From: Octopus bimaculoides
Taxonomy: Eukaryota
DNA: 39,597 nucleotides
Direction: 5' to 3'
NCBI RefSeq assembly: GCF_001194135.2
Contig: NC_069001.1
Span: 33,752,444-33,792,040, forward strand
Under the pieces are notes generated by a model. The model was not told where the DNA came from and searched no databases. It saw only the letters and a list, made by a program, of their open reading frames with translations. Position numbers and translations under genes: made by a program. Below, piece after piece: positions 22,991 to 35,596 of this stretch (positions are counted from its first letter, which is position 1; the number at the start of each line of letters is the position of its first letter).

Positions 22991-23419
22991 TATCGACCGA
23001 AATACTAATACACAGTTTCATGCTTTTAACGATAAGACTGAGAACTTCGCATATCGGCGGCATCTGCAAAATTTGCAGAGAATTAGGGATCGAGCAAACA
23101 AAACAATACAGAGTGGATCTACCAAAGTAAACAAATGTAATTTGAAACGATTGACGAAGATGGGATAAATACGGCCTTTCGGTCAAACATGAAAATGATG
23201 GGTAACGCCTGGAAGAAATCCTGAATGGATATAGAAAGAGAAGTAGCAGGAGAGGAGATAAAATGCTGACCGGTACGCTAAGGTCCGGTGGCGAAAGGCG
23301 GAGAGAGGAGAAAATTAGTCACGGGTTACGTGTGGGCAGTAGATAGAAGTAAAATGAGAATGAGAAAGGGGCACAGAGAGAGAGAAAGAGCAGCATCAAG
23401 CATATTCGGACTAATAATA

Positions 23420-23810
23420 ATATTGTAACATGCTTAGCGGACGTTTCGTCCGTCTTTACTTTCTCAGTTTAAATTCTGTTGGGATCGACTTTGCCTTTCG
23501 TGTTTTCGGGGTCGATAAAATAAATAGCAGCCCAGCACTCTCCCCCAAAATTTCACGCATTGTGCCTATAGTAGTAAGGAATATTTTACCACTTTAAGAT
23601 GGCCAACTGGCAGAATCGCTAGCCCGTCGGGAGAAATGCTTAATGGCATTTCGTCCGTCTTCACATTCTGAGTTCAAATGCCTCTGAGGTGGACTTTGCC
23701 TTTCATCCTTCGGGGTCGGTAAAATAGGTACCAGTTAAAGACTGGGTGTGATGTAATCCACTTATCCTCTTCACTGTAATCACTGGCCCTGTGCCAAAAT
23801 TTAAACCGCT
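23420..23810 (+). mobile_element. Two tandem family B SINEs
   Basis: Both carry gactttgcctttc...cggggtcg.taaaata and tail ggcc.tgtgcc. Confidence 0.8.
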
Positions 23811-24294
23811 TCCCTCTCTTTTTTTTTTTCGTTTGTCTCCTTCAGTTTTCCCAGTTACCAGTGTAGACTGTATTTGCTGTTGAAACGCTTATCAAAAATG
23901 ATAAATGAGAAGTTTATTTACTACTCTCAGTGCTAAAAGTACATTGGTAACTGAGCGTCAAACATGTCGTGACGACTATTTTTGTCTGTCATTTATATAG
24001 GGATTACGCGATTACAATTGTTCGTGTTGTTCTTTATCAGCTTAGGTACCTGAGGGTGTGCCAGGTCATTTATTTGTACCAACCAGGACCTATGAGATGG
24101 TGACGCAGAGTGCATCGTATCTGGATCCGGGATATTCCTGAAACCTCAGAATGTGTTTTCACTTGCTGAAGACTAACGTTCGCAGAAGTGAAGAGAAAAA
24201 AATCCTGAAGCCGTCAAGCAACCTAAATTCCAATAATTCACTCAATTAAAAAGCGCCTAATTTAGCGTTTAGTTTTCTAGAAAACGAAAATCTT

Positions 24295-24510
24295 TTCTAC
24301 TCTAGGCACAAGGTCTGAAATTTTGGGGAGGGGGGGCAGTCGATTAGATCGACTCCAGTACGCAACTGGTACTTAATTTATCAACCCCGAAAGGATGAAA
24401 GGTAAAGTCGACCTCGGCGGAATTTGAACTCAGAACGTAAAGACAGACGAAGTACCGCTAAGTATTTCGCCCGGATTTCTAACGCTTTTGTCAGATCACC
24501 ACCTTAAAGT
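24295..24510 (-). mobile_element. Family B SINE
   Basis: ctttctactctaggcacaagg...ggtacttaatttatcaaccccgaaaggatgaaaggtaaagtcgacctcggcggaatttgaactcagaacg. A further partial copy lies at 25015-25165. Confidence 0.88.
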
Positions 24511-24839
24511 GCTCCAAGTATACATAAATTTATAAGTTCGTAATCTGGATATAAAATCTGGAGGTTTCGAAGCAATTGTCTATGTATGCATGCATGCATA
24601 TATATATGTATGTATGTATGTTGGAATGAACGATAGTATCTTAAACGGGCAAGCAATTTAAGTTTCAAATTCTATCCTCTTATCGTCAGCTAGTATTGCA
24701 CTTGTAACAACAACAATGAAAAAAAAAAAAGGCCTTGGAAATTAAAGGGTGGTTTACAATGCGTTACTGAACCATGCTTTTTAATTGAACAGAATTTAGC
24801 TTTGTAAGTGTTTGCATATCAATGTATGTATTTACGTAG

Positions 24840-24960
24840 GTTTGAAGATACTCAAACCAAATTTTCATCAGTTCGAGTTACTCACCCAATGAGTATTTCT
24901 GCCAAATTTGGTGAAAATCCGTTCAGCCGTTTTCCAGTAATTTTGCAAACACACAAACAA
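24840..24960 (+). mobile_element. Possible Helentron/HINE-like non-autonomous fragment
   Basis: gccaaatttggtgaaaatccgttcagccgttt...acacacaaacaa resembles the conserved block of DINE-1/HINE-type elements. Motif recall only. Confidence 0.35.
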
Positions 24961-25849
24961 CTATTACGACTGGTTACAGACCCTGCTTTCGCTTACGCGT
25001 GCAGGATAATAATAGCAACTCCTTCAAATTGTGGCACAAGGCCAGAAAATTGGGGGAATTGATTATATCGCCCCCAGAACATGACTGATACTTTATTTTT
25101 ATCTACTCTGAAAGGATGAAAGACGAAGTTGACTCGGCAGGATTTGAACTCAGAACATAAAGAGCAAGAAGAAATGTTTAGTTTCTTTCATAGGATTATT
25201 AAAAAAATTGCTTTTTTAATTTTTAAAACCTTCTCCCCACCACCCCAACAAATCTTAAAATTTCCACTCTTTTTCGACGTTTTAAACCATAGTTTAAAAC
25301 ACGGACAGTCCGAATATTTTGCTTAAATCCCAGCAATGGACCACCTATCGGGTGCATCACCATTCCATAAAATGTGTTTATGGGGTGAAAAATGTTGAAA
25401 AACACCAATATATGTCAGAGTGACAAAGAAACAAGGACGGTATCAAGTGGTCGTGAGATGTGCTAAAAGCAACAGCTAAATCACTCTTAGCTCACAATTT
25501 TTTTTTTTTTTTTTTTTTTGGCGGTTGGGCATAATCGTATGAATAATATGGCAGCGGTGAAAATGTGAAGCCCCTGACTGAAGAGTTTGGTGCTGAAATA
25601 ACGGTCTGAAGAAAAAGAAAGATAAACTGTTAAAGTTCTATTAAAGTGATTAGTTTGAAAGATTCCGTATGTCAAGTGGCAAAATTATGTCGGACGTCCT
25701 TATATATGCCAAAAGTATACCTTTAAAGTCCCTCAGTTTCTTGGATTTGATGTAGTTTTGTAAGGTCTGGGGTTTACATTTACCCCCAAGTTTGTAAGCA
25801 GCGATCATATTTATTTCTATTTTTTTCTTTCTTGTTTTTTTTTTGTGTA

Positions 25850-26330
25850 CAGTCCTGGCTCGGGTTAATATCTCCTCTGTTCTGGAGCCGGTAGGATTAC
25901 CCAGAAGAGATAGGAAGAGACCAAATGTTCTTACCCTTTGTCTCTGGGTAAGAGGTAGGTGCCTCATCTGGGACGCCACAGTCTGTGACTCCTTTGCTCC
26001 CTCCCACATACTGCATACTGCAGTAAATGTGAGGGTCACTGCTTCCGTAGCGGAACGGAACAAAGACCTTCATCGGGACTTGTCAGGAAATTATTTCTTC
26101 CATCCTGTGGCGTTTGAGACGTTTGGAGGGACTAGGCCATTAACGAAGAAGTTCTTGTCATCGTTGGCGGCTCGCATTACCCAGGTGTCAGATGATTCCC
26201 GTGAGGGTACTTGGCTGTCCCAACGCCTTAAATCTCGCCATCGCCACGAGTATGTTGGCTGGCTTCAGTAGGTTCTATTGGAACGTGTGGTGTGCGACCA
26301 ATTGGGAAACGTGGTGTTGAATTGATGTCT
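25850..26330 (+). mobile_element. CRE-clade non-LTR retrotransposon 3' fragment (restriction-like endonuclease domain)
   Basis: ORF 25843-26271: EPVGLPRRDRKRPNVLTLCLWVRGRCLIWDATVCDSFAPSH...HPVAFETFGG...FL..LA.RI..VSDDSRE...L.QRL. This follows the RPD-(x)-WD..V..PVAFET pattern of RLE-bearing CRE elements, with RPD mutated to RPN. Confidence 0.8.
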
Positions 26331-26427
26331 TTTTCTTTCTCCTTTTTCTTCGCTCATGTTTGTTTTCTTTGTATTTACTTTGTATTTATATTTTAATATG
26401 GTTTTGTATTATGCATATATCATAAAC

Positions 26428-27023
26428 AGGTAATCTTCCAGTTTCGAGGGGTAAAAGAAATATTCAAGGGAAATAACTTCAGTCTTATATGTATAGAAAT
26501 ATATATCGTCCTATTAAGTTGCTGTATGNNNNNNNNNNNNNNNNNNNNNNNNNNNNNNNNNNNNNNNNNNNNNNNNNNNNNNNNNNNNNNNNNNNNNNNN
26601 NNNNNNNNNNNNNNNNNNNNNNNNNNNNNNNNNNNNNNNNNNNNNNNNNNNNNNNNNNNNNNNNNNNNNNNNNNNNNNNNNNNNNNNNNNNNNNNNNNNN
26701 NNNNNNNNNNNNNNNNNNNNNNNNNNNNNNNNNNNNNNNNNNNNNNNNNNNNNNNNNNNNNNNNNNNNNNNNNNNNNNNNNNNNNNNNNNNNNNNNNNNN
26801 NNNNNNNNNNNNNNNNNNNNNNNNNNNNNNNNNNNNNNNNNNNNNNNNNNNNNNNNNNNNNNNNNNNNNNNNNNNNNNNNNNNNNNNNNNNNNNNNNNNN
26901 NNNNNNNNNNNNNNNNNNNNNNNNNNNNNNNNNNNNNNNNNNNNNNNNNNNNNNNNNNNNNNNNNNNNNNNNNNNNNNNNNNNNNNNNNNNNNNNNNNNN
27001 NNNNNNNNNNNNNNNNNNNNNNN

Positions 27024-27061
<38 letters not shown>

Positions 27062-27220
27062 CTTGTGTATGTATGTATATGCTTGTGTATGTATGTATAT
27101 ATAGGTAATCTTCCAGTTTCGAGGGGCAACTTAATAGGGCGATATATATTTCTATACATATAAGAATGAAGTTATTTCCCTTGAATATTTCTTTTACCCC
27201 TCGAAACTGGAAGATTACCT
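26428..27220. repeat. Inverted repeat (arms 26428-26522 and 27126-27220) around a gap/microsatellite, with an extra terminus copy at 27103-27126
   Basis: About 95-bp arms are reverse complements with few mismatches. aggtaatcttccagtttcgagggg occurs directly at 26428 and 27103 and inverted at 27197-27220. Confidence 0.75.
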
Positions 27221-27804
27221 CATATACATACGTGTTATATATGTAATTATTATCTCTGTCGGTAATAAAAAAAAATTTTCTCAAGAAGATAAAAAAAACA
27301 GCAACGTAATCCCGGGTTTGATCTCACAACATTGTATTCTTTCGGCATGTGTCTTCTACGACATTCTTGGGGGTGAAATATGATAAATGCTAACTGCGAT
27401 GCGTATCATAAATGTACAAAGATATTTAAATCGTTGGAAACAGAATTTTGTGCATCTGAAGGGAAGTAACTCAGAAAAACAAGGGACTTAACTCAATATA
27501 GAAAAATTACTGCGATACTCCACCACGAACTCAGTCCATGGCTGAAATTATTAAGTTTTGTGAACAATTGGATATTCAAAATCATTTCTCCAAACTGTTC
27601 TTCTACGAAAAGGTCTTCATGCGTTGTAATGTTGTAGCTAGGAAAGTTTAGACAAGTGTCTGCTTGTTTTATGGACAGACGATTAAGGTTTTAGGATATT
27701 AATCACCGTGATATCTTTTTTTTTTTCTATTTTATCTTTCCTAGTCTTGTACGGATTAGACATGTCTGTTGTTAGGTATAATGAGCCCACTTCGCCTGTA
27801 TGGG

Positions 27805-27835
<31 letters not shown>

Positions 27836-27864
27836 CTGTGTAAATATATATATGTACATATATA

Positions 27865-27909
<45 letters not shown>

Positions 27910-27917
27910 ATATATAT

Positions 27918-28068
27918 CATCATCATCATCATCATCATCATCGTTTAACGTCCGCTTTCCATGCTAGCATGGGTTGGACGATTTGACTGAGGACTGGTGC
28001 AACCGGATGGCTACACCAGGCTCCAATCTAATTTGGCAGAGTTTCTACAGCTGGATGCCCTTCCTAAC
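27918..28068 (-). mobile_element. 3' end of a retroposon with (GAT)n tail
   Basis: (CAT)n followed by cgtttaacgtccgctttccatgctagcatgggttggacg...ttctacagctggatgcccttcctaac, running into an N-gap. Confidence 0.6.
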
Positions 28069-28373
28069 NNNNNNNNNNNNNNNNNNNNNNNNNNNNNNNN
28101 NNNNNNNNNNNNNNNNNNNNNNNNNNNNNNNNNNNNNNNNNNNNNNNNNNNNNNNNNNNNNNNNNNNNNNNNNNNNNNNNNNNNNNNNNNNNNNNNNNNN
28201 NNNNNNNNNNNNNNNNNNNNNNNNNNNNNNNNNNNNNNNNNNNNNNNNNNNNNNNNNNNNNNNNNNNNNNNNNNNNNNNNNNNNNNNNNNNNNNNNNNNN
28301 NNNNNNNNNNNNNNNNNNNNNNNNNNNNNNNNNNNNNNNNNNNNNNNNNNNNNNNNNNNNNNNNNNNNNNNNN

Positions 28374-28428
<55 letters not shown>

Positions 28429-29079
28429 ATGAAATATAAAGAATTTGCACTTGTGCATACTCCCTGTGAGTCCAGCTAAAGTCAGTAACTCAAACACAAA
28501 TGGTCTTAATCAGTCTGACTTTCATTATATTGCCCTGAAACGGAGCACATTTTCTCTTGATGACCCCTGAAACATTCTGACCTCCGGTACACAGAATTTT
28601 TAACTGACTGCACTAGCACTGCCCAGCTGTTTCCAAGTCTCTTGCTAAAATAAAGTAATTTTATATATTTTGCTTTCATTTTTCCAGTGCTGTTTCAACC
28701 ATAGTCAGAATAACAAAATCAAACCCAGTTTTTACCACAAAACTATTTTATTTCATCAGTTTATGTAATTTTTCCATCAAAGTAAATCATTTCTTTTTTA
28801 CTTGTTTTACTTATCTTTATAGTGTTAGAAAGAGAGGGAAAAATTGATAAAAACTATTATAATGTTGTTAGTTGTTCATCCTGAGATTATTAAAACTTAA
28901 AAAGGAAAATTTACTGGAATGCTAGTTTCAAACTGAATTTGAATATTGATATGACGGCATAAGATTATACATGCATACATACATACATACACACACACAC
29001 ACATATATATGTATATATATATATATATATATATACACAGACACACACATATATGTATATATATGTTTATATATATTTA

Positions 29080-29116
<37 letters not shown>

Positions 29117-29318
29117 TTGAAAGTCTATGAAGGTTACTTAATACAGATTTTGAAGTGTAAAGGTGATTTTTAAAAAAAATTCTTTTTTTAAATATTATGA
29201 AATCTGTTATGAGCATGTTATTAACCTTTATATATACATGTATGTATGTATGTATGTATGTATGTATGTACCTATCTATCTATCTATCTATCTATTTATC
29301 TATCTCTCTCTCTCTATG

Positions 29319-29350
<32 letters not shown>

Positions 29351-29404
29351 ATACACACTTACAAACAATTTTAAATAAGGAGATGATGTATATGAATTTG
29401 CATC

Positions 29405-29559
29405 TCATGCCTTTGGTCTGAAGACATTTTCTGCAAAATGGCCCATGAAATTTCCGGCTGGTCTGTAATTGGCCACCACAAAGTAGCTGCCATCTTCAGA
29501 ACGACCTCTTCCAATACCCATCTCCTTGCTTTCCTTCCACACCACTTGTGTGAAATGAC
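29405..29559 (-). CDS. GLIPR2: GAPR-1/GLIPR2-like CAP protein, last coding exon
   Basis: Acceptor cttttatttcAG, phase 1. (G)HFTQVVWKESKEMGIGRGRSEDGSYFVVANYRPAGNFMGHFAENVFRPKA* contains CAP signatures GHFTQVVW and VVANYRPAGN. The symbol denotes family similarity, not proven orthology. Confidence 0.95.
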
Positions 29560-30251
29560 CTGAAATAAAAGATCAGAAGAAAATTTCTTTTAGTAATCAT
29601 AAATTCCAAAAATCAGAGACGCCACTTTCATCTAAAGAGTATCACAGAGAAATTAACCGTTTCGATGCAATTTTGTATCTGATCCCTCTCTTTAGATTAA
29701 CAAAATATTTGCAAGTTTTAGAGTTCCAGGTTCTTATAAATACTTATTGCTTAACATCAATGAAGTTAAAGGTATTCCAACACTGATTCTTCCACCTATT
29801 TCTCTTTAGTCAAAGGAGTTCCAATTCCAACCCCCTTTTCTTTTCCCTATGGCCAAAGATGCACATGTATATATATTGTGGTATCATAGTATTGATTGGA
29901 CTATTGGTTGTTGTTAAACATCACTAGTCACAATGCCCTTCACATTGTTTTTGCCTTTCAATGATGCCATCCCATTGCCTAGGCATTGTGTTTTTGTTGG
30001 TGTAAACCAAGAAGTTGAGTGAACCTTGGAATTCACTGGCAGAGTAAGAAAAATAGATTCCTTTCTCTACTGTCAGACTTTGAAGTTACTGACTTCCCGT
30101 TTCCCTAATCAGAGATATAATTAACTAATGGGTGACTAATCCTGGTGACCTCTACATAAGGCAGGTCTGTGAAAGTCAAACTCCTCCTCTTCTTCTCTTC
30201 AGGTGACATCCGCCTTCTTCATATGTTTTTTTGATGCTGACAGCCTTATTT

Positions 30252-30298
<47 letters not shown>

Positions 30299-30763
30299 AA
30301 GGTGGTGAGCTGGCAGAATTGTTAGCATGCCGGGCAAAATGCTTAGCAGCATTTAGTCCGAGGATACAAATTCTTTACAATGGTAATTCAGAATTCCTAT
30401 AGGGAATGGATTTTACATTTTACTCACACGTAAGGATTAATGAAATGAATTCTTGTTATATACTGGAGAAGTAATTCAATTAAGTGATAATTTGATTGAT
30501 AATATCCCTTCTCCATAAATTTAGGGTTTGTGTGAACGATTGAAACGAGTATTAATAAGGTGCTACATTTTATGTTCAAATCCTACTGAGGTCAGCTTTA
30601 ACCTTCTTCCTGCCAGGGGTTGATAAAATAAATAACCAGTGAAGAACTTGAGGTATTTGGGGTGGGCCAATATAATCAACTCTATCATAGCCTCTCCCCC
30701 AAATGTGAGACCTTTCTGCCTTTAAGCAAAGTATCAATTAAGAATAAAATGAAAATGTCTTAC

Positions 30764-30841
30764 CTGTACCCGAACGAAATGTAGGGTCATTAAAATCATA
30801 CTTTTTGATTTCTTCATACCATATGTCTGTAGCTTCTTCAC
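30764..30841 (-). CDS. GLIPR2: GAPR-1/GLIPR2-like CAP protein, coding exon 3 (78 nt)
   Basis: ctttttcAG acceptor, GTAAGA donor, phase 1-1. (G)EEATDIWYEEIKKYDFNDPTFRSGT(G). Confidence 0.95.
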
Positions 30842-30874
30842 CTGAAAAAGAATTTTTAAAAGAATAATTTCTAA

Positions 30875-31061
30875 CAGCTTACTGCATTGTAGATATCATT
30901 GTTTTCATAGGTTTTGAATTAAAATCTTCCACCAAAACTTAGTCATAATTCATGTTCCTAAACTTAATGATTACTAAGTTATTTTACAAAATTCTTTGTT
31001 ATATTTAAAATAAATTGAAAGAAATACAGAGCATCTCAAAATAAATATGGTAACGAAAGGG
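30875..31061. mobile_element. piggyBac-like (TTAA) MITE fragment
   Basis: Ends in gtaacgaaaggg|ttaa (reverse complement ttaa|ccctttcgttac). The other terminus is not clearly recognisable. Confidence 0.45.
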
Positions 31062-31065
31062 TTAA

Positions 31066-32225
31066 AGAAGACTCCAAAGTAACTGGTAGCAAATTCTCTT
31101 GAGAAAGGAAAAAATATGGCATCGCCGTGTTATCAATTGCTGTAGGAAAAGGGTATAGCCTCCAAGGGCATTCATGCTGACTTCTTGCTTGTTACGTTAG
31201 GAGATGACGTTCTAGCTTTATCAACAGTGTATAAGTGGGTAACTAAATTTAGGAGCGGATGAGGGAGTCTGGAAGATGACCTCAAGTCTGGAAGTTTTAC
31301 AACTGTCACCAATGAATTAACAGTGATCATATTCACTACATGGTGATGGATGAACAGGCTATTCTAAATAAATCAAGTAGCCAATGCTATTAACATATCC
31401 CATGAGAGAGTTGTGTATATTCTGTACGATGATCTTGGCATGACAAAGGTTTCTGTTCGATGGGTGTCACCTCTTCTGACTCATGATCAAAAGTGCACCA
31501 GGCTGATCACATAATGGCAAAATATGACATTGTTTGAGGCAGATCCAGCTAGTTTCCTTGAATGTTTCATAACTCAGGATGAACATTGGGCTCACCACTT
31601 TGATCTAGAGACAAAAAGATGATCCATGCAGTGGAAGCACCCCGCCTCATCTGCTCCAAAAATATCCAAGGCTGCTTCATCTGCAGGAAAGATGATGGCT
31701 TCAGTTTTTCTAGATGCAAATTGCATTATGTTTATTTAAAATCTTCAAAAGGGCCACACCATCAATGGGGAATACAATGCCAACATGCAGAGGCAGTTAT
31801 GAAAGGCTATCAAAGCCAAATGCCTACAAAAAATGACGAAAGGGGTCATGTTTCATCAGGACAATGCTCCAGCACACAAGAGCTTGATTTCAATGGCTGC
31901 TGTGGATGACTGTAGCATTGAACTCATTGATCACCATCCTTATTCTCCTGATTTGGCCACATCTAGCTAACATCTGTCTCCCAACATGAAACAACACTTG
32001 GCTGGGAACCAGTGTCACAGTGATGATGGTGTTGTATCTGCTGTTGGTGACTTTCTTGACCAACAGGATGAAGGCTTTTTTTCACCGATGGGATCCAAGC
32101 ACTACAACACTGATTGAAGAATTGTGTTGAGTGCAAGAAGGACTATATGTTAAAAAATAAACCTCATTTGATCACATTCCATGAGAGTATCATGGTCAGC
32201 TGATGAACTTTTCAGCTCACCCTTG
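31066..32225 (+). mobile_element. mariner (D,D34D) transposon relic in the CAP intron
   Basis: WHRRVI...LGDDVLALSTVYKW..FRSG..SLEDD.KSG (HTH region); QDEHWAHHFDLETK; AGKMMASVF; FHQDNAPAH...HHPYSPDLA with 34-residue spacing and the third D lost. 3' TIR gaacttttcagctcacccttg|ta. Multiple stops; 5' TIR missing. Confidence 0.92.
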
Positions 32226-32707
32226 TAACTACTTTTATTTTATCCATTTCAACAAATATGAACGACAGTTCTGAACATGTTTGTTTCTTATTAGACCTCC
32301 TCAGTGATGCATAAACTTCACCATAGTTGCTGAAGGAGAAATGAGAAATTCACTGAGCAAATCAACAATATTGTACACAACAAGGTGTGAAAAATCAGTC
32401 CATTAAGATTGAAATCAGATTCTACTTAGAGATACCTTCTGCATGAAAATCTCTAGTTAAGTTAATGTTAACATATTTCTAAATCTTACATTCAGCATTA
32501 AATACAATTAAACACTTTTCACTCAAGTATGTTGCTACATTACACTTGTCTACCATTTAGCTTTCTGAAATCTAGTCTTGAAAATCTTAATCATAAACTT
32601 TTCTTTCTGTTTTGTTTTTGAGCACCTCATTCCATTATTGGTGAATGGTTTTGATCCTCCTGGCTTCTGAACTGAAAAAATGAAAAACGAGAAACACCAA
32701 CACTGAC

Positions 32708-33011
32708 CTGTCAGAAGCCCACCATCATATCTCCAATTGTTGGCCAAATTCTCCCCAACACCCTTGCAATCACTGTGTTGTGGGACATTACGGGAAGCCA
32801 AATAATCAGCCCACTTCTGGGCCATCTCACACAGATCTTCAGCCAATGTCAAATCTGGCACACCGTGTTTGGCACGGTAGCGGTTATGGGCTTCCAAAGC
32901 TGACCTTTCAAGTTCCTTCTTTTGCTCTTCAGGAGATCCTTCAATGCTCCTTTTTGGTTTATCAATTGGTTCTGAATTTATAAGTTGTTTAAAATTTTTT
33001 GGAATGCTTTC
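32708..33011 (-). CDS. GLIPR2: GAPR-1/GLIPR2-like CAP protein, coding exon 2 (304 nt)
   Basis: Acceptor ttttcttttAG (phase 0), donor AG|GTCAGT (phase 1). ESIPKNFKQLINSEPIDKPKRSIEGSPEEQKKELERSALEAHNRYRAKHGVPDLTLAEDLCEMAQKWADYLASRNVPQHSDCKGVGENLANNWRYDGGLLT(G). Confidence 0.95.
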
Positions 33012-33983
33012 CTAAAAGAAAATAAATGCAAGCCTATTAGTGAATGTTCAGAACTGCTGATGATGTTTAAACAGGATTAAAGGTTTTTTTGTTTTTTTTT
33101 CTATAATTCAATCAGAACCCCTTAATTACTATTACTCCCAGGTCCATTCTGACACCTTCCCAGTTCTCATCTGTGAGTTAAATAGATTCTTGTAAGGGTA
33201 AATTGAGATCCTTAACTGCAGTGAATGTAACCAGTCTAGGAGGAGAAAACTCCTAAATTGACATCCTCCTCTAACGTCCTAGGCCAACACATTAGAGTAT
33301 GGCTGATGAAACTAAGATCAGGCATGTCCAATAACATAAATTCATAGTATGGAGGCAACTGTCTTATGTCAATGTGAATTCTACACCAGAAAGAGACAGC
33401 AGGAATTGAGGAATCAGAAGAGTAGTACCTCTCCCCCCCCTCCATCATAATAGATTCTGCGTGTACTCCCTCAGACATTTTTGTTATTTACCCCTATAAT
33501 GTCGCCTTCATCCACTTCCTTTGTAGCACATAAAACAAATTATCATCATTATTATGTTATTGTTGATTGGTTGAGTAAAACTACGACCAAAGTAATTCCA
33601 GCTATGATCATCCTCTATATCTAAGAGTACATTATTCAATGTGTCTTTCTCCTTTTTCGAAGATTTGGTTGCTATTTGTGTGTGTATATGTGTGTGTGTG
33701 CGTATGTGTGCGTGCGTGTGTGTGTGTGTGTGTGTCTTTGTCCCACACCACCGCTTGACAACGGTCGATTCCTTCGACTAAACTTCTTCAAGGCGGAAAC
33801 AATTAGAAGACGGAGATTCTCATTAATAGAAATTTACGTTGGTTGGGTCTTGTACAGAGGATGGACAACAGCAGACTCCCCAGACAAACTCCCAACTATG
33901 CAAGGAGAAAAAAAAATAGGGAAAAGATAAAGCACAAGTAAAAAAAAACATGAAGTGGAAAAGAATTGATCATATAAAATGGT

Positions 33984-34358
33984 GTGTGTTGTTGGCACTC
34001 CGTCGCTTACGACGACGAGGGTTCCAGTTGATCCAATCAACGGAACAGCCTGCTCGTGAAATTAACGTGCAATTGGCTGAGCACTCCACAGACACGTGTA
34101 CCCTTAATGTAGTTCTCGGGGATATTCAGCATGACACAGTGTGGCAAGGCTGACCCCTTTGAATTACAGGCACAACAGAAACAGGAAGAAAGAGTGAGAG
34201 AAAGTTGTGGTGAAAGAGTACAGCAGGGTTCGCCACCATCCCCTGCTGGAGCCTCGTGGAGCTTTAGGTGTTTTTCACTCAATAAACACTCGTAACGCTC
34301 GGTCTGGGAATCGAAACCGCGAGTCCGCTGCCCTAACCACTGGGCCATTGCGCCTCCA
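33984..34358 (-). mobile_element. Full-length family C SINE in the CAP intron
   Basis: Near-identical to 5819-6204. Perfect 13-bp TSD catataaaatggt (33971-33983, 34359-34371). Confidence 0.92.
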
Positions 34359-34689
34359 CATATAAAATGGTAAACCCAAGCGAAAAAGCCGGCCAGTGTG
34401 GAGAAGGCTTATCAAGTTAAGCCAAAGCCATGAGCAGTCAGTTGGGACGACTGACAGCAGACAGCACACACTCACACAGAGGCACGCACACACTCGCACG
34501 CACACATACTCGCACGCACACATCTACATGCATGGTGTCCTTAAACTATCTTTATAGCTTCTACAGTTTATAATCTAGATCTGTTGGGTGCAACCGATGG
34601 ACTCCATGTGGAAATGTTCAGATGTTTCTAATAAAACTATATTTAATACAATTCTAAATTGCTGCGATGAGGACTTTATATTACGCCTA

Positions 34690-35230
34690 CTCTTTATATT
34701 AATCTGACTGCTGTTCTCATCTTCATTGTTACTTCGATTACGTTTTGGCTGTTGTACTCTCCAGCCTTCTTCATATGTCTTCAGTTGAACTCCAAATACC
34801 AAAATCAAGGGTCACGTCACACCAATTGAGTACAGACAACTGACCTAGCATCACAGGAAGCTACCATACACGTACGATCCCCCTAAGCTTTACAAAGATG
34901 TTATCCCATTAAGACCAATAGTGAGCTGTCGAGGTTCAGCGTGTCATCGGCTGAGCCACTTCCTTGTGAATATGATCAATTCATTTGTAAGTCAACATCA
35001 CATATGAAGAATTCCACTCACTCCACAGCATTTATCAAAGGTACTTCCATTATATCGAGTCAAATGGTGAGTCTAGGTGTGAAGAGTCTGTTCGCCCAGG
35101 TCCAGTGATTCGTGACAAACTAGCTGCGGATTCTTCTCAAAAGAAATTCACAAGTATACTAATAGAGAACTTGATGGACATGCTGACCATCTGCATAGAA
35201 ACACCCTACCTCAGAACAGGTACTGATGAT
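34690..35230. mobile_element. Penelope-like element fragment: RT on + (about 34810-35230), preceded by an inverted terminal-repeat-like segment on - (about 34690-34800)
   Basis: PKLYKDVIPLRPIVSCRGSACHRLSHFL...HMKNSTH...MVSLGVKSLF.QV...LMDMLTICIETPYL matches the Penelope RT pattern (PKIHK..PLRPIVS, VSFDV.SLF, CL..TYF). The minus strand has a gaaga-ggctg..cagcc-aaaacg hairpin. Confidence 0.75.
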
Positions 35231-35246
35231 ATATATATATATATAA

Positions 35247-35596
35247 CCAAAATTTTAAATTTAAAAGAGAGTTTTGACGCTAATATCCATTATTATTGAA
35301 ATTTATTCCTATGTCAACATTTCTGTATAAGGCTATATTTAACTGTCAAATTTAAGTCAAACATATAAATTGCCTTACATGTCTTCAGGGGAAAAAAAAG
35401 GTTAAGAACAAAAGGTAAACACCAAAACATCGTCTCTAAGTCCAGTCCATATTCAAATTTGTCCTTTAGGCAATTTATATGTTTGACTTAGATTTGACAG
35501 TTAAATATAGCCTTATACAGAAATGTTGACGTAGGAATAAATTTCAATAATAATGGATATTAGCGTCAAAACTCTCTTTTAAATTTAAAATTTTGG
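35247..35596. mobile_element. Fold-back element, about 130-bp arms, 8-bp TSD
   Basis: ccaaaattttaaatttaaaagagag...aaattgcct (35247-about 35376) versus aggcaattt...tttaaaattttgg (about 35468-35596), two mismatches seen. Flanked by atatataa at 35239-35246 and 35597-35604. Confidence 0.85.

Noticed and set aside
24020-24140. Possible plus-strand exon (VPEGVPGHLFVPTRTYEMVTQSASYLDPGYS*)
   Set aside because: No homology recognised and no compatible neighbouring exon.
28747-28752. AATAAA on the minus strand as the CAP poly(A) signal
   Set aside because: Plausible, about 650 nt after the stop, but the hexamer is frequent in such AT-rich DNA; 3'-end reads are needed.
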